Below are positions 44,667-53,724 of a stretch of DNA of 55,308 bases, one piece after another. Each line of letters begins with the position of its first letter. Position 1 is the first letter of the stretch. The position numbers were made by a program, and so were the translations under genes. The notes under the pieces are model-generated. The model was not told the DNA's origin. It saw only the letters and a program-made list of their open reading frames with translations, and made no database searches. Source of the DNA: a virus; IMG/VR virus record IMGVR_UViG_3300045988_083838, positions 1-55,308 of that record. One strand, given 5' to 3'.

Positions 44667-45641
44667 ATGACATTGCAGGAACTGATGGTGAGCATAGCAA
44701 ATAACAGAGCCCCGCATTATCTTATCTTATACGGAAAAGAACAAAAGATACTTGAATTGTATATAAATCAAATTGCAAAAAATTATAAATCTGTCATTTA
44801 TAATGATTCAGTGTCCGATGTGGTTAATCTGCACAGAAGGAAAAGTCTGGATAAATCAACAAAGCTATACATAGTAGATGAGGACGTATCTTTTTTAAAG
44901 GCAGAAAATGCATGGTCAACAATTAATTCTGAATTTGCAAAAAGTAAAGATGGATTGATAGTTAGGTATCATAAATTAGATAAAGGTAGTAAATTTTTCC
45001 ACAACAATAAGCAAAATATTGTTGAATTTCCGTATTTATCTGATGATGTACTATTACAGTACATTAACAGAGATTTGCCGAATTTAAGTGAAAAAAATGC
45101 TTTATCTTTAATAAAGTATTGTAATAACGACTATGGTAGAATTTTATTGGAAATTGATAAAATAATACAATACGATTCTCACAATATGTCTATAACAAAT
45201 ACCGGGAATGTACAATCAAAAAGCATTGACACCTGCTTTTCCGAGTTAGATAAACAAGGGTTATTCTATAAAGAAATAGGTGATATAACTTTTGAATTGA
45301 CTAATGCAGTCTTGGGTGGCTATACAGAAACAGCTATACAGAAACTCAATGAAGCAAAAAGAAAAGGTGAACCTGCAATGATGATAGCTTCTATTCTTTA
45401 TAATGGATTTAGAAATTTACTTGCATATCAAGGGCTTGGAAAGAATAAGCAAGAAGCAATGGAAAGAACAGGAATGACAAAAGGAGAGTTGTGGGGGTGT
45501 ACAAAAAATGTCGGTGGTTACAGTTTGGAGGAAGTTAGAAGGAATATGTTAGCTTGTCAAAGTGTGGAATCAGGGATAAAAATGGGAGCGATTGATGAAG
45601 ATATAGCACTTGAATATCTAGTGTTGTATTGTTTAAAATAA
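44667..45641 (+). CDS. Clamp loader delta-like subunit (HolA-like, candidate)
   Basis: The N-terminus (PHYLILYGKEQKIL) and the 324-aa size fit. It sits in context with dnaX-like and delta-prime-like genes. Confidence 0.55.
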   Translation: MTLQELMVSIANNRAPHYLILYGKEQKILELYINQIAKNYKSVIYNDSVSDVVNLHRRKSLDKSTKLYIVDEDVSFLKAENAWSTINSEFAKSKDGLIVRYHKLDKGSKFFHNNKQNIVEFPYLSDDVLLQYINRDLPNLSEKNALSLIKYCNNDYGRILLEIDKIIQYDSHNMSITNTGNVQSKSIDTCFSELDKQGLFYKEIGDITFELTNAVLGGYTETAIQKLNEAKRKGEPAMMIASILYNGFRNLLAYQGLGKNKQEAMERTGMTKGELWGCTKNVGGYSLEEVRRNMLACQSVESGIKMGAIDEDIALEYLVLYCLK

Positions 45642-45698
45642 TGTGTTATAATAAAAATGTTCTGTAATACAGTTTTCTCTTTCTGCTTTCCATTTTGC

Positions 45699-45738
45699 CA
45701 GCCTATTCTTTTCAGATATAAGAATAGGCTGTTTTTTT
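45699..45738 (+). terminator. Rho-independent terminator
   Basis: 11-bp stem (cagcctattct / agaataggctg), then ttttttt. Confidence 0.85.
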
Positions 45739-45790
45739 CAAAAATCACTTGCATTTTACCTTTTTATGTGTTACAATATATACATAATAA
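45735..45790 (+). promoter_or_regulatory. Conserved 56-nt promoter cassette, copy C
   Basis: Identical to copies A and B, with -35 at 45749-45754 and -10 at 45772-45777. Confidence 0.85.
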
Positions 45791-45807
45791 AGAAAGGGGT
45801 TGTTTAG

Positions 45808-46320
45808 ATGATACTTACAAAAGAACAGCAAGAGCTGGTGGAAAAAAATCATAACTTGATTTATTATGCACTTAATAAATTTAGCGTGCAGGCGGAGGAG
45901 TATTATGGAATTTGTGCAATAGGGTTATGTAAGGCGGCGTGTACATATAACTCACAAGCTTCTAGATTTAGTACATATGCGTTAAGTGTAATTCTTAATG
46001 AGATAAGAATGGGTAAAAGACAGGAGCGTAAACAGGCAAAATTGAACCAGATAAGTATGGATGAAGAATGGACAAACACTAAAGAGGACAGTGTAACATT
46101 ACATGAAATATTAAGCACAAAAATGGATGTAGTGGATGAAATAATATCGTTCAAATTGCCCGATATATTAACACCTGATGAAATGAGGGTAGTAAAGTAT
46201 TTATATATGGATTATAAACAAAAAGAGATAGCGGAAATAATAGGGGTTTGTCAACCAGTTGTTTCCCGAAAAATAAAATCTATTAAAGATAAATTGAGAA
46301 AGCATGGGGTAGAAGTATGA
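45808..46320 (+). CDS. Phage sigma-70-family (ECF-like, regions 2 and 4) RNA polymerase sigma factor
   Basis: Region 2 is NHNLIYYALNKF...CAIGLCKAACTYN...FSTYALSVILNEI. Region 4 HTH is KQKEIAEIIGVCQPVVSRKIKSI. Confidence 0.8.
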   Translation: MILTKEQQELVEKNHNLIYYALNKFSVQAEEYYGICAIGLCKAACTYNSQASRFSTYALSVILNEIRMGKRQERKQAKLNQISMDEEWTNTKEDSVTLHEILSTKMDVVDEIISFKLPDILTPDEMRVVKYLYMDYKQKEIAEIIGVCQPVVSRKIKSIKDKLRKHGVEV

Positions 46321-46496
46321 ATAAGAATAAAATAAAAGATGTCGTATTACTTACAGTTTCGGTATACTTTTTTCTGTGTGCTATCGTGTGTATGTTTATA
46401 TATGCATTAACAGGGTACACAAACCATACATTAATGATAAAGATGTTCGTTAATATGTTTTTATCACTTGGCACTATATTACCAAGTGATTTTTAG
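46317..46496 (+). CDS. Small membrane protein (59 aa, not in ORF track)
   Basis: ATGA overlap with the sigma stop. Hydrophobic segments are VVLLTVSVYFFLCAIVCMFIYAL and MFVNMFLSLGTIL. Confidence 0.5.
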   Translation: MNKNKIKDVVLLTVSVYFFLCAIVCMFIYALTGYTNHTLMIKMFVNMFLSLGTILPSDF

Positions 46497-46509
46497 AAAG
46501 GAGGAAATA

Positions 46510-46893
46510 ATGATATTAAGAGGAGATGTTTATTGGGTTGATTTAGATAAAGTGTTCCCTAGATTGTACGATGGACAAAAAGATCATTATATGCGTGGAA
46601 TACGTCCTTGTGTTGTAATTTCAAATAATTTTAATAACAGACATAATTCAATAGTGAATATAATGCCTCTCACAACATCTTGTGACAATTTACCACAGCA
46701 TCGTTATTTACCAATCAATGGAATAACGAATTACACCGTACCGGAGTGCATTACATCTATAGACAAGTCTTTATTAAGTGGTAAGTATAGCGTGATAAAT
46801 GATAAATACTACAATCAAATTGAAAAGGCTATTGATATCCAGTTAGGATTATATGGAAATAGACATAACTGTAGAGGAGGTAAGATACGATGA
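46510..46893 (+). CDS. MazF/PemK-family endoribonuclease toxin homologue
   Basis: LRGDVYWVDL...GIRPCVVISNNFNNRHNSIVNIMPLTT...LPQH...SIDKSLL...IEKAIDIQLGL aligns along its full length to EndoA/MazF. The ATG follows ggagga. Confidence 0.85.
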   Translation: MILRGDVYWVDLDKVFPRLYDGQKDHYMRGIRPCVVISNNFNNRHNSIVNIMPLTTSCDNLPQHRYLPINGITNYTVPECITSIDKSLLSGKYSVINDKYYNQIEKAIDIQLGLYGNRHNCRGGKIR

Positions 46894-46958
46894 CAGTAGT
46901 ATACATCATAGTTATAGTCGTAGGTATAGGATTTCTATATCATATATTCAAAAAGTAA
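46890..46958 (+). CDS. 22-aa hydrophobic peptide (not in ORF track)
   Basis: ATGA overlap with the MazF-like stop. RBS gaggagg 9 nt upstream. Translation: MTVVYIIVIVVGIGFLYHIFKK. Confidence 0.45.
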   Translation: MTVVYIIVIVVGIGFLYHIFKK

Positions 46959-46967
46959 GGAGAGGAT

Positions 46968-47129
46968 ATGAACGATTTAAAACAAACAACCTGTAAAAGA
47001 TGTGGGAGAAAATTAAAAAATCCAAAAGCTATTGAAATAGGAATGGGGGAAACGTGCTGGAGAAAATATCAAAAAGAAAATAATCATAAAAAGTTATGGG
47101 ATGAAGAACAAGATGGAAGAAGTAAATAG
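46968..47129 (+). CDS. DUF6011-like zinc-ribbon protein (53 aa, not in ORF track)
   Basis: RBS aaggagagga. Carries CKRCGRKLKNPKAIEIGMGETC. Confidence 0.55.
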   Translation: MNDLKQTTCKRCGRKLKNPKAIEIGMGETCWRKYQKENNHKKLWDEEQDGRSK

Positions 47130-47298
47130 TATATTAATCACACAAATAAGGCAAACACTTAGATTAGAAAGGGAGCTAGAAAAAATGTCTAAAAATCTAA
47201 ATATCTTTAGATCAAAGCTTTTGAACTGTAAAACTGTGGAAGATATAGAGCAAGCAGATGAATGGTTTGAGGAGCAAATAGAAAACTTGAAATATTAG
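47113..47298 (+). CDS. Small coiled-coil protein
   Basis: I prefer the in-frame ATG at 47113 over 47101. It overlaps the upstream ORF end. Confidence 0.45.
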   Translation: MEEVNSILITQIRQTLRLERELEKMSKNLNIFRSKLLNCKTVEDIEQADEWFEEQIENLKY

Positions 47299-47321
47299 AT
47301 ACAAAGTAAAGGAGATAAAAT

Positions 47322-47513
47322 ATGATAACTGGACCTTGTCTTAACTGCCCAGAAAGGACATTAGGATGTCATGCTACTTGCTTGGCATATAATACATATA
47401 AAAAAGAACACTTAGAGGAGACAAAAAAGATATATGACCAAAAAGTAGCTGGCAATATGTTATGTAGCTATTATAAACAGAAAAGAAAAAGATTAGAACG
47501 GCGGTATAAATAG
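47322..47513 (+). CDS. Small Cys-rich protein
   Basis: CLNCPERTLGCHATC. RBS aaaggaga. Confidence 0.55.
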   Translation: MITGPCLNCPERTLGCHATCLAYNTYKKEHLEETKKIYDQKVAGNMLCSYYKQKRKRLERRYK

Positions 47514-47519
47514 AATCAT

Positions 47520-47552
47520 AAGAGCTTATCAATATAAGGTAAGCTCTTTTTT
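47520..47552 (+). terminator. Rho-independent terminator
   Basis: 9-bp stem (aagagctta / taagctctt), then a T-run. Confidence 0.8.
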
Positions 47553-47557
47553 ATATG

Positions 47558-47586
47558 TTTACAAAAATAACAAATTTATATATAAT
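47558..47586 (+). promoter_or_regulatory. Consensus-like sigma-A promoter ahead of the packaging genes
   Basis: TTTACA, 17 nt, TATAAT. Confidence 0.7.
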
Positions 47587-47670
47587 ATATTAATAGAATA
47601 CTAATATAAATATTATAGAAAAATCAAAAAATAACTAAAAATTTTCGGGAAAGGCGGGATATTGAAATAA

Positions 47671-47889
47671 TTGGATACAGGTAAATTAATATATAAATTA
47701 CAGTCAGCTTTAAAACAAAAAAAAGTATATGTAACTATAAATACATATCAATTCTACAGTGAAGAAAAAGATAGGTATATAAAGATGTATATAGCAAAAA
47801 GAGGGAAAAATAAAATAATAGAAACACCCTCTCAAATACAAGTAATTAAAGCATTAAATGACATTTGGCAGGAGGTAAAAGATGAATAA
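47671..47889 (+). CDS. Hypothetical protein
   Basis: 72-aa ORF with a TTG start. The upstream RBS is poor (gggatattgaaataa). Confidence 0.45.
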   Translation: MDTGKLIYKLQSALKQKKVYVTINTYQFYSEEKDRYIKMYIAKRGKNKIIETPSQIQVIKALNDIWQEVKDE

Positions 47890-48322
47890 AGAAACCGAAA
47901 GAGAGAAAGAAGCTAAAAAGCATTTAAACAATAGACAAATTAACTTTGCATTAGCTTATAAAGAGTCTAATAATATAACTCAATCCGCTATTAAAGCAGG
48001 TTATAGTCCAAAGACAGCTTGTGTGCAGGGCTGTAATTTGTTAAAAAACCATAGAGTAGCTGAGTATATAGAAGCTATTAATGAACGGTTAGAATCTGAG
48101 AAGATAGCAGACATTCAAGAGGTTATGGAATATCTTACCTCAGTAATGCGAGGTGAAGCAAAGGATCAATTTGATATGGATGTATCCATACAGGATAGAA
48201 CAAGAGCCGCAGGTGAATTAGCAAGAAGACTAGATGTTAAGTCTAGAAATCTTAATGTGGAATGTGCGGTGAATATCATTGATAACATCCCAAATGAGGT
48301 AGATGAGAATGAAGAAAGTTAA
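47882..48322 (+). CDS. Terminase small subunit (Terminase_2-like)
   Basis: RQINFALAYKESNNITQSAIKAGYSPKTACVQGCNLLKNHRVAEYI is the classic TerS HTH pattern. Confidence 0.85.
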   Translation: MNKETEREKEAKKHLNNRQINFALAYKESNNITQSAIKAGYSPKTACVQGCNLLKNHRVAEYIEAINERLESEKIADIQEVMEYLTSVMRGEAKDQFDMDVSIQDRTRAAGELARRLDVKSRNLNVECAVNIIDNIPNEVDENEES

Positions 48323-49571
48323 AGGTACTGTATTAACTGACTGCATAGGACCAGCCTTTTATACTGTTCATAACGATATAAAGAATCATAGGCACACCTA
48401 TTATGATTTAACTGGTGGTAGAGGTTCTCTCAAGTCATCTTTTATATCTATTGAGATTGTGCAAGGGCTTATGAAAAAAGAAAATGCGAATAAACACGCT
48501 GTAGTCTATAGGAGAGTTGGAGATACCTTGGAAACATCTGTATTCTCACAGATTGAATGGGCTATTGATAAACTAGGAGTAAGTCACTTATGGAAGTTGA
48601 CTAAATCACCAATGAGAGCTATATATCTACCCACTGACCAACGTATCATATTTAAAGGGTTAGATCATGCTAAAAAGTCAAAATCTATAAAAGTGCCTTT
48701 TGGATATATCGGGTATTTGTGGTTTGAGGAGTTTGATGAATTTGCTGGTGAAGAAGAAATAAGAAAAGTTCAGCAGTCCGTTATAAGAGGTGGAGATGAA
48801 TTTATAGTATTCAAATCCATGAATCCACCTAAGTCAAGACAGAACTGGGCGAATGATTATATAGAAAAAGAAAAGATAAGAAGTGATACATTAGTATCCC
48901 AGACGACTTATCTAACATCACCTAAAGCATGGTTGGGGCAACAGTTTATAGATGATGCTGAATGGTTGAAAGAAGTAAATCCAAAAGCATATGAACATGA
49001 ATATATGGGTATCCCGGTTGGCACAGGTACAGAAGTATTTGACAATCTGGAAATTAGAGAAATAACAGATGAAGAAATAGCTAGATGGGATAACCTATAT
49101 AGGGGAGTTGACTGGGGCTGGTATCCGGATCCTTTCCATTATGGGTGTATGTACTATGATAGTAGAAGATTGATACTATATATATTTGAGGAGTTCCGCA
49201 CAAATAAAATGAAAAATGCAGATACTGCACAGGTATTGAAAGATGAATTTAATCTAGGTAGATACGATATAGTAACGTGTGATAGAGCGGAAGAGAAATC
49301 CATAGCTGACTATAGATCATATGGAATTAATGCAAGACCAGCAGAAAAAGGACCGGGGTCTATCCGATATGGAATGAAATGGTTGCAATCACTTGTAAAG
49401 ATAGTGATAGATCCTAAGAGGTGCCCAGAAACGGCAGAAGAATTTAAAAAGTATGAATATGAATTAGACAAAGAAGGAAATCCTACATCTAATTATCCAG
49501 ACAAAAAGAATCATAGTATAGATATGACAAGATATGCTATGGAAACAGTATGGAAGAGAAAAGGAAAGTAA
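48303..49571 (+). CDS. Terminase large subunit (PBSX/Terminase_3-like)
   Basis: Walker A-like LTGGRGSLKSS. A nuclease half with GVDWGW...D. 422 aa. Confidence 0.85.
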   Translation: MRMKKVKGTVLTDCIGPAFYTVHNDIKNHRHTYYDLTGGRGSLKSSFISIEIVQGLMKKENANKHAVVYRRVGDTLETSVFSQIEWAIDKLGVSHLWKLTKSPMRAIYLPTDQRIIFKGLDHAKKSKSIKVPFGYIGYLWFEEFDEFAGEEEIRKVQQSVIRGGDEFIVFKSMNPPKSRQNWANDYIEKEKIRSDTLVSQTTYLTSPKAWLGQQFIDDAEWLKEVNPKAYEHEYMGIPVGTGTEVFDNLEIREITDEEIARWDNLYRGVDWGWYPDPFHYGCMYYDSRRLILYIFEEFRTNKMKNADTAQVLKDEFNLGRYDIVTCDRAEEKSIADYRSYGINARPAEKGPGSIRYGMKWLQSLVKIVIDPKRCPETAEEFKKYEYELDKEGNPTSNYPDKKNHSIDMTRYAMETVWKRKGK

Positions 49572-49637
49572 CATAAATTTTATACTTGTAAATTTGACTT
49601 AAATAACTTACTATATTAAAAGAAAGGAGATATAAAT

Positions 49638-50324
49638 ATGCCAAAATATAAAGGTAAACTATCAAATGGAAGAGCCATCATTTTAGAATCAGACAATTTG
49701 GTTCGTTTGGTTCAAAATGATAAGGAAACGACTATTATAGATTTTGAATTTAAAGCAGATAATATATTCCAAGGCATTGACTTAACTAACTTAAATGCAC
49801 AAATATCTTATATAAATGTAGACGCAAATACAGAGGAAAAAGTAACAGACATTTATATAGTAGATGATTTGACTGCATCAGCATCCCCAGACACCGGAAT
49901 AGAATCTATTAAATTCTCATGGACAATCGGTAACAATGCTACGACATATGCAGGCAGTTGTTTATTCCAAGTTATTCTTACCGTAACAGATGATAATGAT
50001 GTTATTTTAAAACAGTGGGAAACTGTTATCAATTTAATACCGGTTTATAAGAGCTTGGAAAATGTAAATATAACACAATCGAAAGATTTTGTGGATTTGG
50101 TTTCACAATTAAAAAAATATATCAGTGATATCAAGAAATGGTTTGCACAGGTTATCACTGAAATGGGAGTGCAAACAGCCCCAGATGATAGCTTTGAAAA
50201 AATGATACAGAATATATTAAAAATATCATCTGGTGGATATGGTGTAAGTGGTTATGCAGATACTACCATATACACAAATGGAATACTTTTTTCTTTATAT
50301 GGAATACCAAAGGAGGTCAAATAA
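49638..50324 (+). CDS. Hypothetical protein
   Basis: 228 aa, RBS aaaggaga, between TerL and the portal. Confidence 0.65.
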   Translation: MPKYKGKLSNGRAIILESDNLVRLVQNDKETTIIDFEFKADNIFQGIDLTNLNAQISYINVDANTEEKVTDIYIVDDLTASASPDTGIESIKFSWTIGNNATTYAGSCLFQVILTVTDDNDVILKQWETVINLIPVYKSLENVNITQSKDFVDLVSQLKKYISDIKKWFAQVITEMGVQTAPDDSFEKMIQNILKISSGGYGVSGYADTTIYTNGILFSLYGIPKEVK

Positions 50325-51059
50325 ATGTTAGGATATAAGGTCATAAATTTATATAAAGTAAAACCCGCACTTGGCTCAAGTGCAGAAGAATATGAGGCAG
50401 ATATAACAGACGAGAAGATGCAGGAGATCGCTACAGCTTTGGGTTGTAATTTACAGATTATGACAAGCGGTAGCAAATGGTTGTTGTACAAAGGAACAAA
50501 TACAGATAATGGTTGGCTATGTCAGATAGTGTCAAATAATTTCGAGGTAAGAAGATACCTGAACGGTCAGGCAATATCAACGAATGTAACTGGTACTAAT
50601 ATGCAGTGTCGTGTTTTACTAACAAATTCATCGCTCTTAAAGAATCTGTCATTACGATATTCAAAAGGAAAGAACGGAGCGTCACTTTTTAAATTCGGAA
50701 CAGAGGAAAATGCAATCTTACAATATTGTATATGTGAGGCATCCGTTGTTGGCACAGAGGAAAAAATAGCTGTATATGGATATATTTCAGGTGGAAGCTA
50801 TATGTTTTCATTGTCCGACAGCACATCAATAACTTATAACTTGGACAACTATTATGGATACGCTGATAACTTTGTGCTTATGAGTGCTATTCCATTAAAA
50901 GATAAGAATGCAATCGTTGACGGAATTTATAGATGCGACATCAATAAATACACAGAGGAGCATTATGTGTTTGATTTAAGTGGAAAAAAGTATATTACAA
51001 GTGATGGTGGAATACTTATGAAATGGGCTATTGAGCTTGATGACTCAATGTTAAATTAA
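50325..51059 (+). CDS. Hypothetical protein
   Basis: 244-aa ORF that starts directly after the upstream stop. Confidence 0.65.
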   Translation: MLGYKVINLYKVKPALGSSAEEYEADITDEKMQEIATALGCNLQIMTSGSKWLLYKGTNTDNGWLCQIVSNNFEVRRYLNGQAISTNVTGTNMQCRVLLTNSSLLKNLSLRYSKGKNGASLFKFGTEENAILQYCICEASVVGTEEKIAVYGYISGGSYMFSLSDSTSITYNLDNYYGYADNFVLMSAIPLKDKNAIVDGIYRCDINKYTEEHYVFDLSGKKYITSDGGILMKWAIELDDSMLN

Positions 51060-51078
51060 TAAAAAGGAGAAAAATAAT

Positions 51079-52116
51079 ATGGCACAAGTTGTTATTCCAG
51101 GTTTTAGAAAGATAGAAACCTGTAAAGAGGGAACAGGTGATTATAATAGTCTTTCAAATATTCCTTTTATAAATAATGTTCCTGTGCAAGGAAATTTAAA
51201 GACAGAAGATTTGAAATTAACAGATTCCACATTAACTAAAGAAGGAGTTCCAGCAGATGCAAAAGCAGTCGGGGAGAAACTTATAGATAGTACAGTATAT
51301 CAGGGAGTTGATCTTACTGTAAAATTTGCAGATGAGATCAAGAACTATTCAGATGAATGGGCATGGATTAAAGCAAGAATAACAGCGGGTAATTATGTGG
51401 GACTTCATGTGTGTGACTATATCCCTATTACTTGCAATAATGGATATAAGCTCAATGCTCAGATTGCAGGTATTAACACATACACTGGATACGGCAATCA
51501 GGAAGTTGGGAACCATATAGACTTTATCTGTAAGGAGTTGTGGTATGACCCTCATGTAATAAATAAGGTTGATTACAATAATGGCAATGAAAATAGTCCT
51601 AACCCGTTCCTTGCATCAGATTTGAACTATTGGCTCAATTCTATGTCAGGTACAGTACCAAACAGCAAAACGGATCCAGCGGTTACTGTTGAAGTCGACT
51701 ATACAGCAGATGGTATCCTCTATTATTTGCCAGACAAGCTTAAAAACCAGATTATTACAAAAATAGTTATGATGCCAAGCAGATATACAGAAGGCAGTGT
51801 TCTAACACAGGATAATTCATGGGGTTGGCAGTCTATTGGTAAACTCTGGATTCCATCTGAGGTTGAAGTGTATGGTATGACTTGCTGGGGCAATAGCGGA
51901 TATGGTGCTGGTGGATTTGTACAGTATCCTATTTTTATCGGAAACATGAACAGAGTGAAAAAGCGTTGTTCTAGCAACTCCCGCTACATCTGGTGGTTGC
52001 TTTCCACAGTTGCCAACAATTCTACTAATTTCACAGTTGTCAGCTTCTATGGGAATTGCAGTTACACTCCGACTACCGCTGTACAAGTTGCCGCCCCAGT
52101 CTGCTTCCGAATATAA
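51079..52116 (+). CDS. Hypothetical protein with a DUF6273-like C-terminus
   Basis: The C-terminal YIWWLLSTVANNSTNFTVVSFYGNC...VAAPVCFRI resembles the yWWLRS...v...G......gvrPa..i pattern. Confidence 0.6.
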   Translation: MAQVVIPGFRKIETCKEGTGDYNSLSNIPFINNVPVQGNLKTEDLKLTDSTLTKEGVPADAKAVGEKLIDSTVYQGVDLTVKFADEIKNYSDEWAWIKARITAGNYVGLHVCDYIPITCNNGYKLNAQIAGINTYTGYGNQEVGNHIDFICKELWYDPHVINKVDYNNGNENSPNPFLASDLNYWLNSMSGTVPNSKTDPAVTVEVDYTADGILYYLPDKLKNQIITKIVMMPSRYTEGSVLTQDNSWGWQSIGKLWIPSEVEVYGMTCWGNSGYGAGGFVQYPIFIGNMNRVKKRCSSNSRYIWWLLSTVANNSTNFTVVSFYGNCSYTPTTAVQVAAPVCFRI

Positions 52117-52134
52117 TAGATATAGGAGAAAAAG

Positions 52135-53724
52135 ATGATGATAAAGAAATTATTGAATTTATTATATGAAGCACTTGAAAAGATGCTTGGATACAAAGAA
52201 TCATCAGATATAACAGAATGTGCTATATCTGATGAAATGTCCGATGCAATGGATCTTTGGAAAAAGGTGTATAAAGACGAGAGTCCTTGGTTAGATGATG
52301 TAGATGGCATTTATTCTTTAGGTCTTGGAAAAATGATTTGCCAATCTGTTCAGCAACAGGTGCTTTCGGAAATGGAAACAAGCATAACCGAACCCGGAAA
52401 AGAGGATGAGGTGGACAATGACAAGATAGAGGAAGAAGATACAACTAGAGCCACATACCTCAATAACATTTATAAGAAAAGGCTTATTAAAAAGCTTCCA
52501 CAAGCATTAGAAAAAGCCCTCGCAATGGGTGGTATGCTTATAAAGCCATATGTGAATAATGATAGTGTTTATCTTGATTTCAACTATCAGGGTGACTTCT
52601 ATCCAATCACGTTTGATGATGATGGAAACATCACTGATATAGCTTTTTATGATTCTTTTGTATCTGGAGATTTTATTTATACAAAAATAGAAAGGCAGAC
52701 ATTTAATCAGTTAAAGAAAGAAATCACTGTGCAGAACAAAGCATTTAAAGCAAGGTATATTAACTCAAATGATGATACAGAACAAGAGCTTGGAACAGAA
52801 GTACCATTATCAAGCATTGAAAAATGGGCTAATATATCACAAGAACCTGTTGTGCTGAAAAATATGGAAAAGCCATTATTCGGTTGCTTTAAGGTTCCGT
52901 TCGCAAATAATGTTGATATGAGTAGCCCTTTAGGTATATCCATTTTTAGCCCTGCAATCAAAATGATAGAATTAGCAGATAAACAGTTTAGTCGACTTGA
53001 CTGGGAATATAATGGAGGACAGCTTGCCATTGATGTAGATCCAACTGCCGTAACATACAGTGATGGGTATTTTGGTAAGGTTACAAATTTGGATGCTTGT
53101 CAGAATCGTCTATACAGAAACATTGATTTAGGTACGGATGAGACATATAAAGAATGGGCTCCAGCTTTAAGAGATACTAACTATATGAATGGATTGAACG
53201 TGTATCTTAATAAGATAGAAGATTTAATTGGACTTGCAAGGGGTACGCTAGCTCAAGTTGAGAGTGAAGCAAGAACTGCTACTGAGATTAAGCTATTAAA
53301 ACAAAGAACATACATCACTATATCTGCTATACAAGATGAGCTTGAAAAATGCTTGATGGACACAGTGTATGCTATATCTGTATACTGTGATTTATACAAT
53401 CTTATACCATCAGGCGACTATAACACGAATATAGAATGGAAAGATAGCATATTAACGGACACAGATACTGAACTGGAACAGAAGCTAAACCTCCAAAATG
53501 CCGGAATTTTAAGCAAAGCAGAAGTAAGAGCTTGGTATACTGGTGAATCTGTAGAATCCGCACAGCTTGAAATTGATAAGATAGATGAAGCTAAACAAAG
53601 TAGTATGCTTAACGATTTATTTTCCACAAACCCAGAACCTACATTAGATTCTGAAGAGGAACCTAGAAAGGCAGAAGGAACTATTGACAAAGGAACACAG
53701 AATAAAGGGGCTGAAAATGAGTGA
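52135..53724 (+). CDS. Portal protein (SPP1 gp6-like)
   Basis: 529 aa with an acidic C-terminal tail, lying upstream of the gp7-like gene. Confidence 0.8.
   Translation: MMIKKLLNLLYEALEKMLGYKESSDITECAISDEMSDAMDLWKKVYKDESPWLDDVDGIYSLGLGKMICQSVQQQVLSEMETSITEPGKEDEVDNDKIEEEDTTRATYLNNIYKKRLIKKLPQALEKALAMGGMLIKPYVNNDSVYLDFNYQGDFYPITFDDDGNITDIAFYDSFVSGDFIYTKIERQTFNQLKKEITVQNKAFKARYINSNDDTEQELGTEVPLSSIEKWANISQEPVVLKNMEKPLFGCFKVPFANNVDMSSPLGISIFSPAIKMIELADKQFSRLDWEYNGGQLAIDVDPTAVTYSDGYFGKVTNLDACQNRLYRNIDLGTDETYKEWAPALRDTNYMNGLNVYLNKIEDLIGLARGTLAQVESEARTATEIKLLKQRTYITISAIQDELEKCLMDTVYAISVYCDLYNLIPSGDYNTNIEWKDSILTDTDTELEQKLNLQNAGILSKAEVRAWYTGESVESAQLEIDKIDEAKQSSMLNDLFSTNPEPTLDSEEEPRKAEGTIDKGTQNKGAENE

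Noticed and set aside
15201-45790. The regularly recurring, nearly identical 50-56-nt repeats interpreted as a CRISPR-like or satellite array.
   Set aside because: Copies are kilobases apart. Each has -35 and -10 hexamers at 17-nt spacing and sits terminator-proximal, ahead of an operon. They are promoters, not array repeats.
45657-45854. A 65-aa ORF spanning 45657-45854.
   Set aside because: It runs through a terminator hairpin and the conserved promoter cassette, and it overlaps the start of the sigma gene in another frame.
49586-49615. A promoter-like TTGTAA ... TACTAT between TerL and the next gene.
   Set aside because: The -10 matches only 4 of 6 positions and no terminator precedes it. 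It is not distinguishable from AT-rich background.
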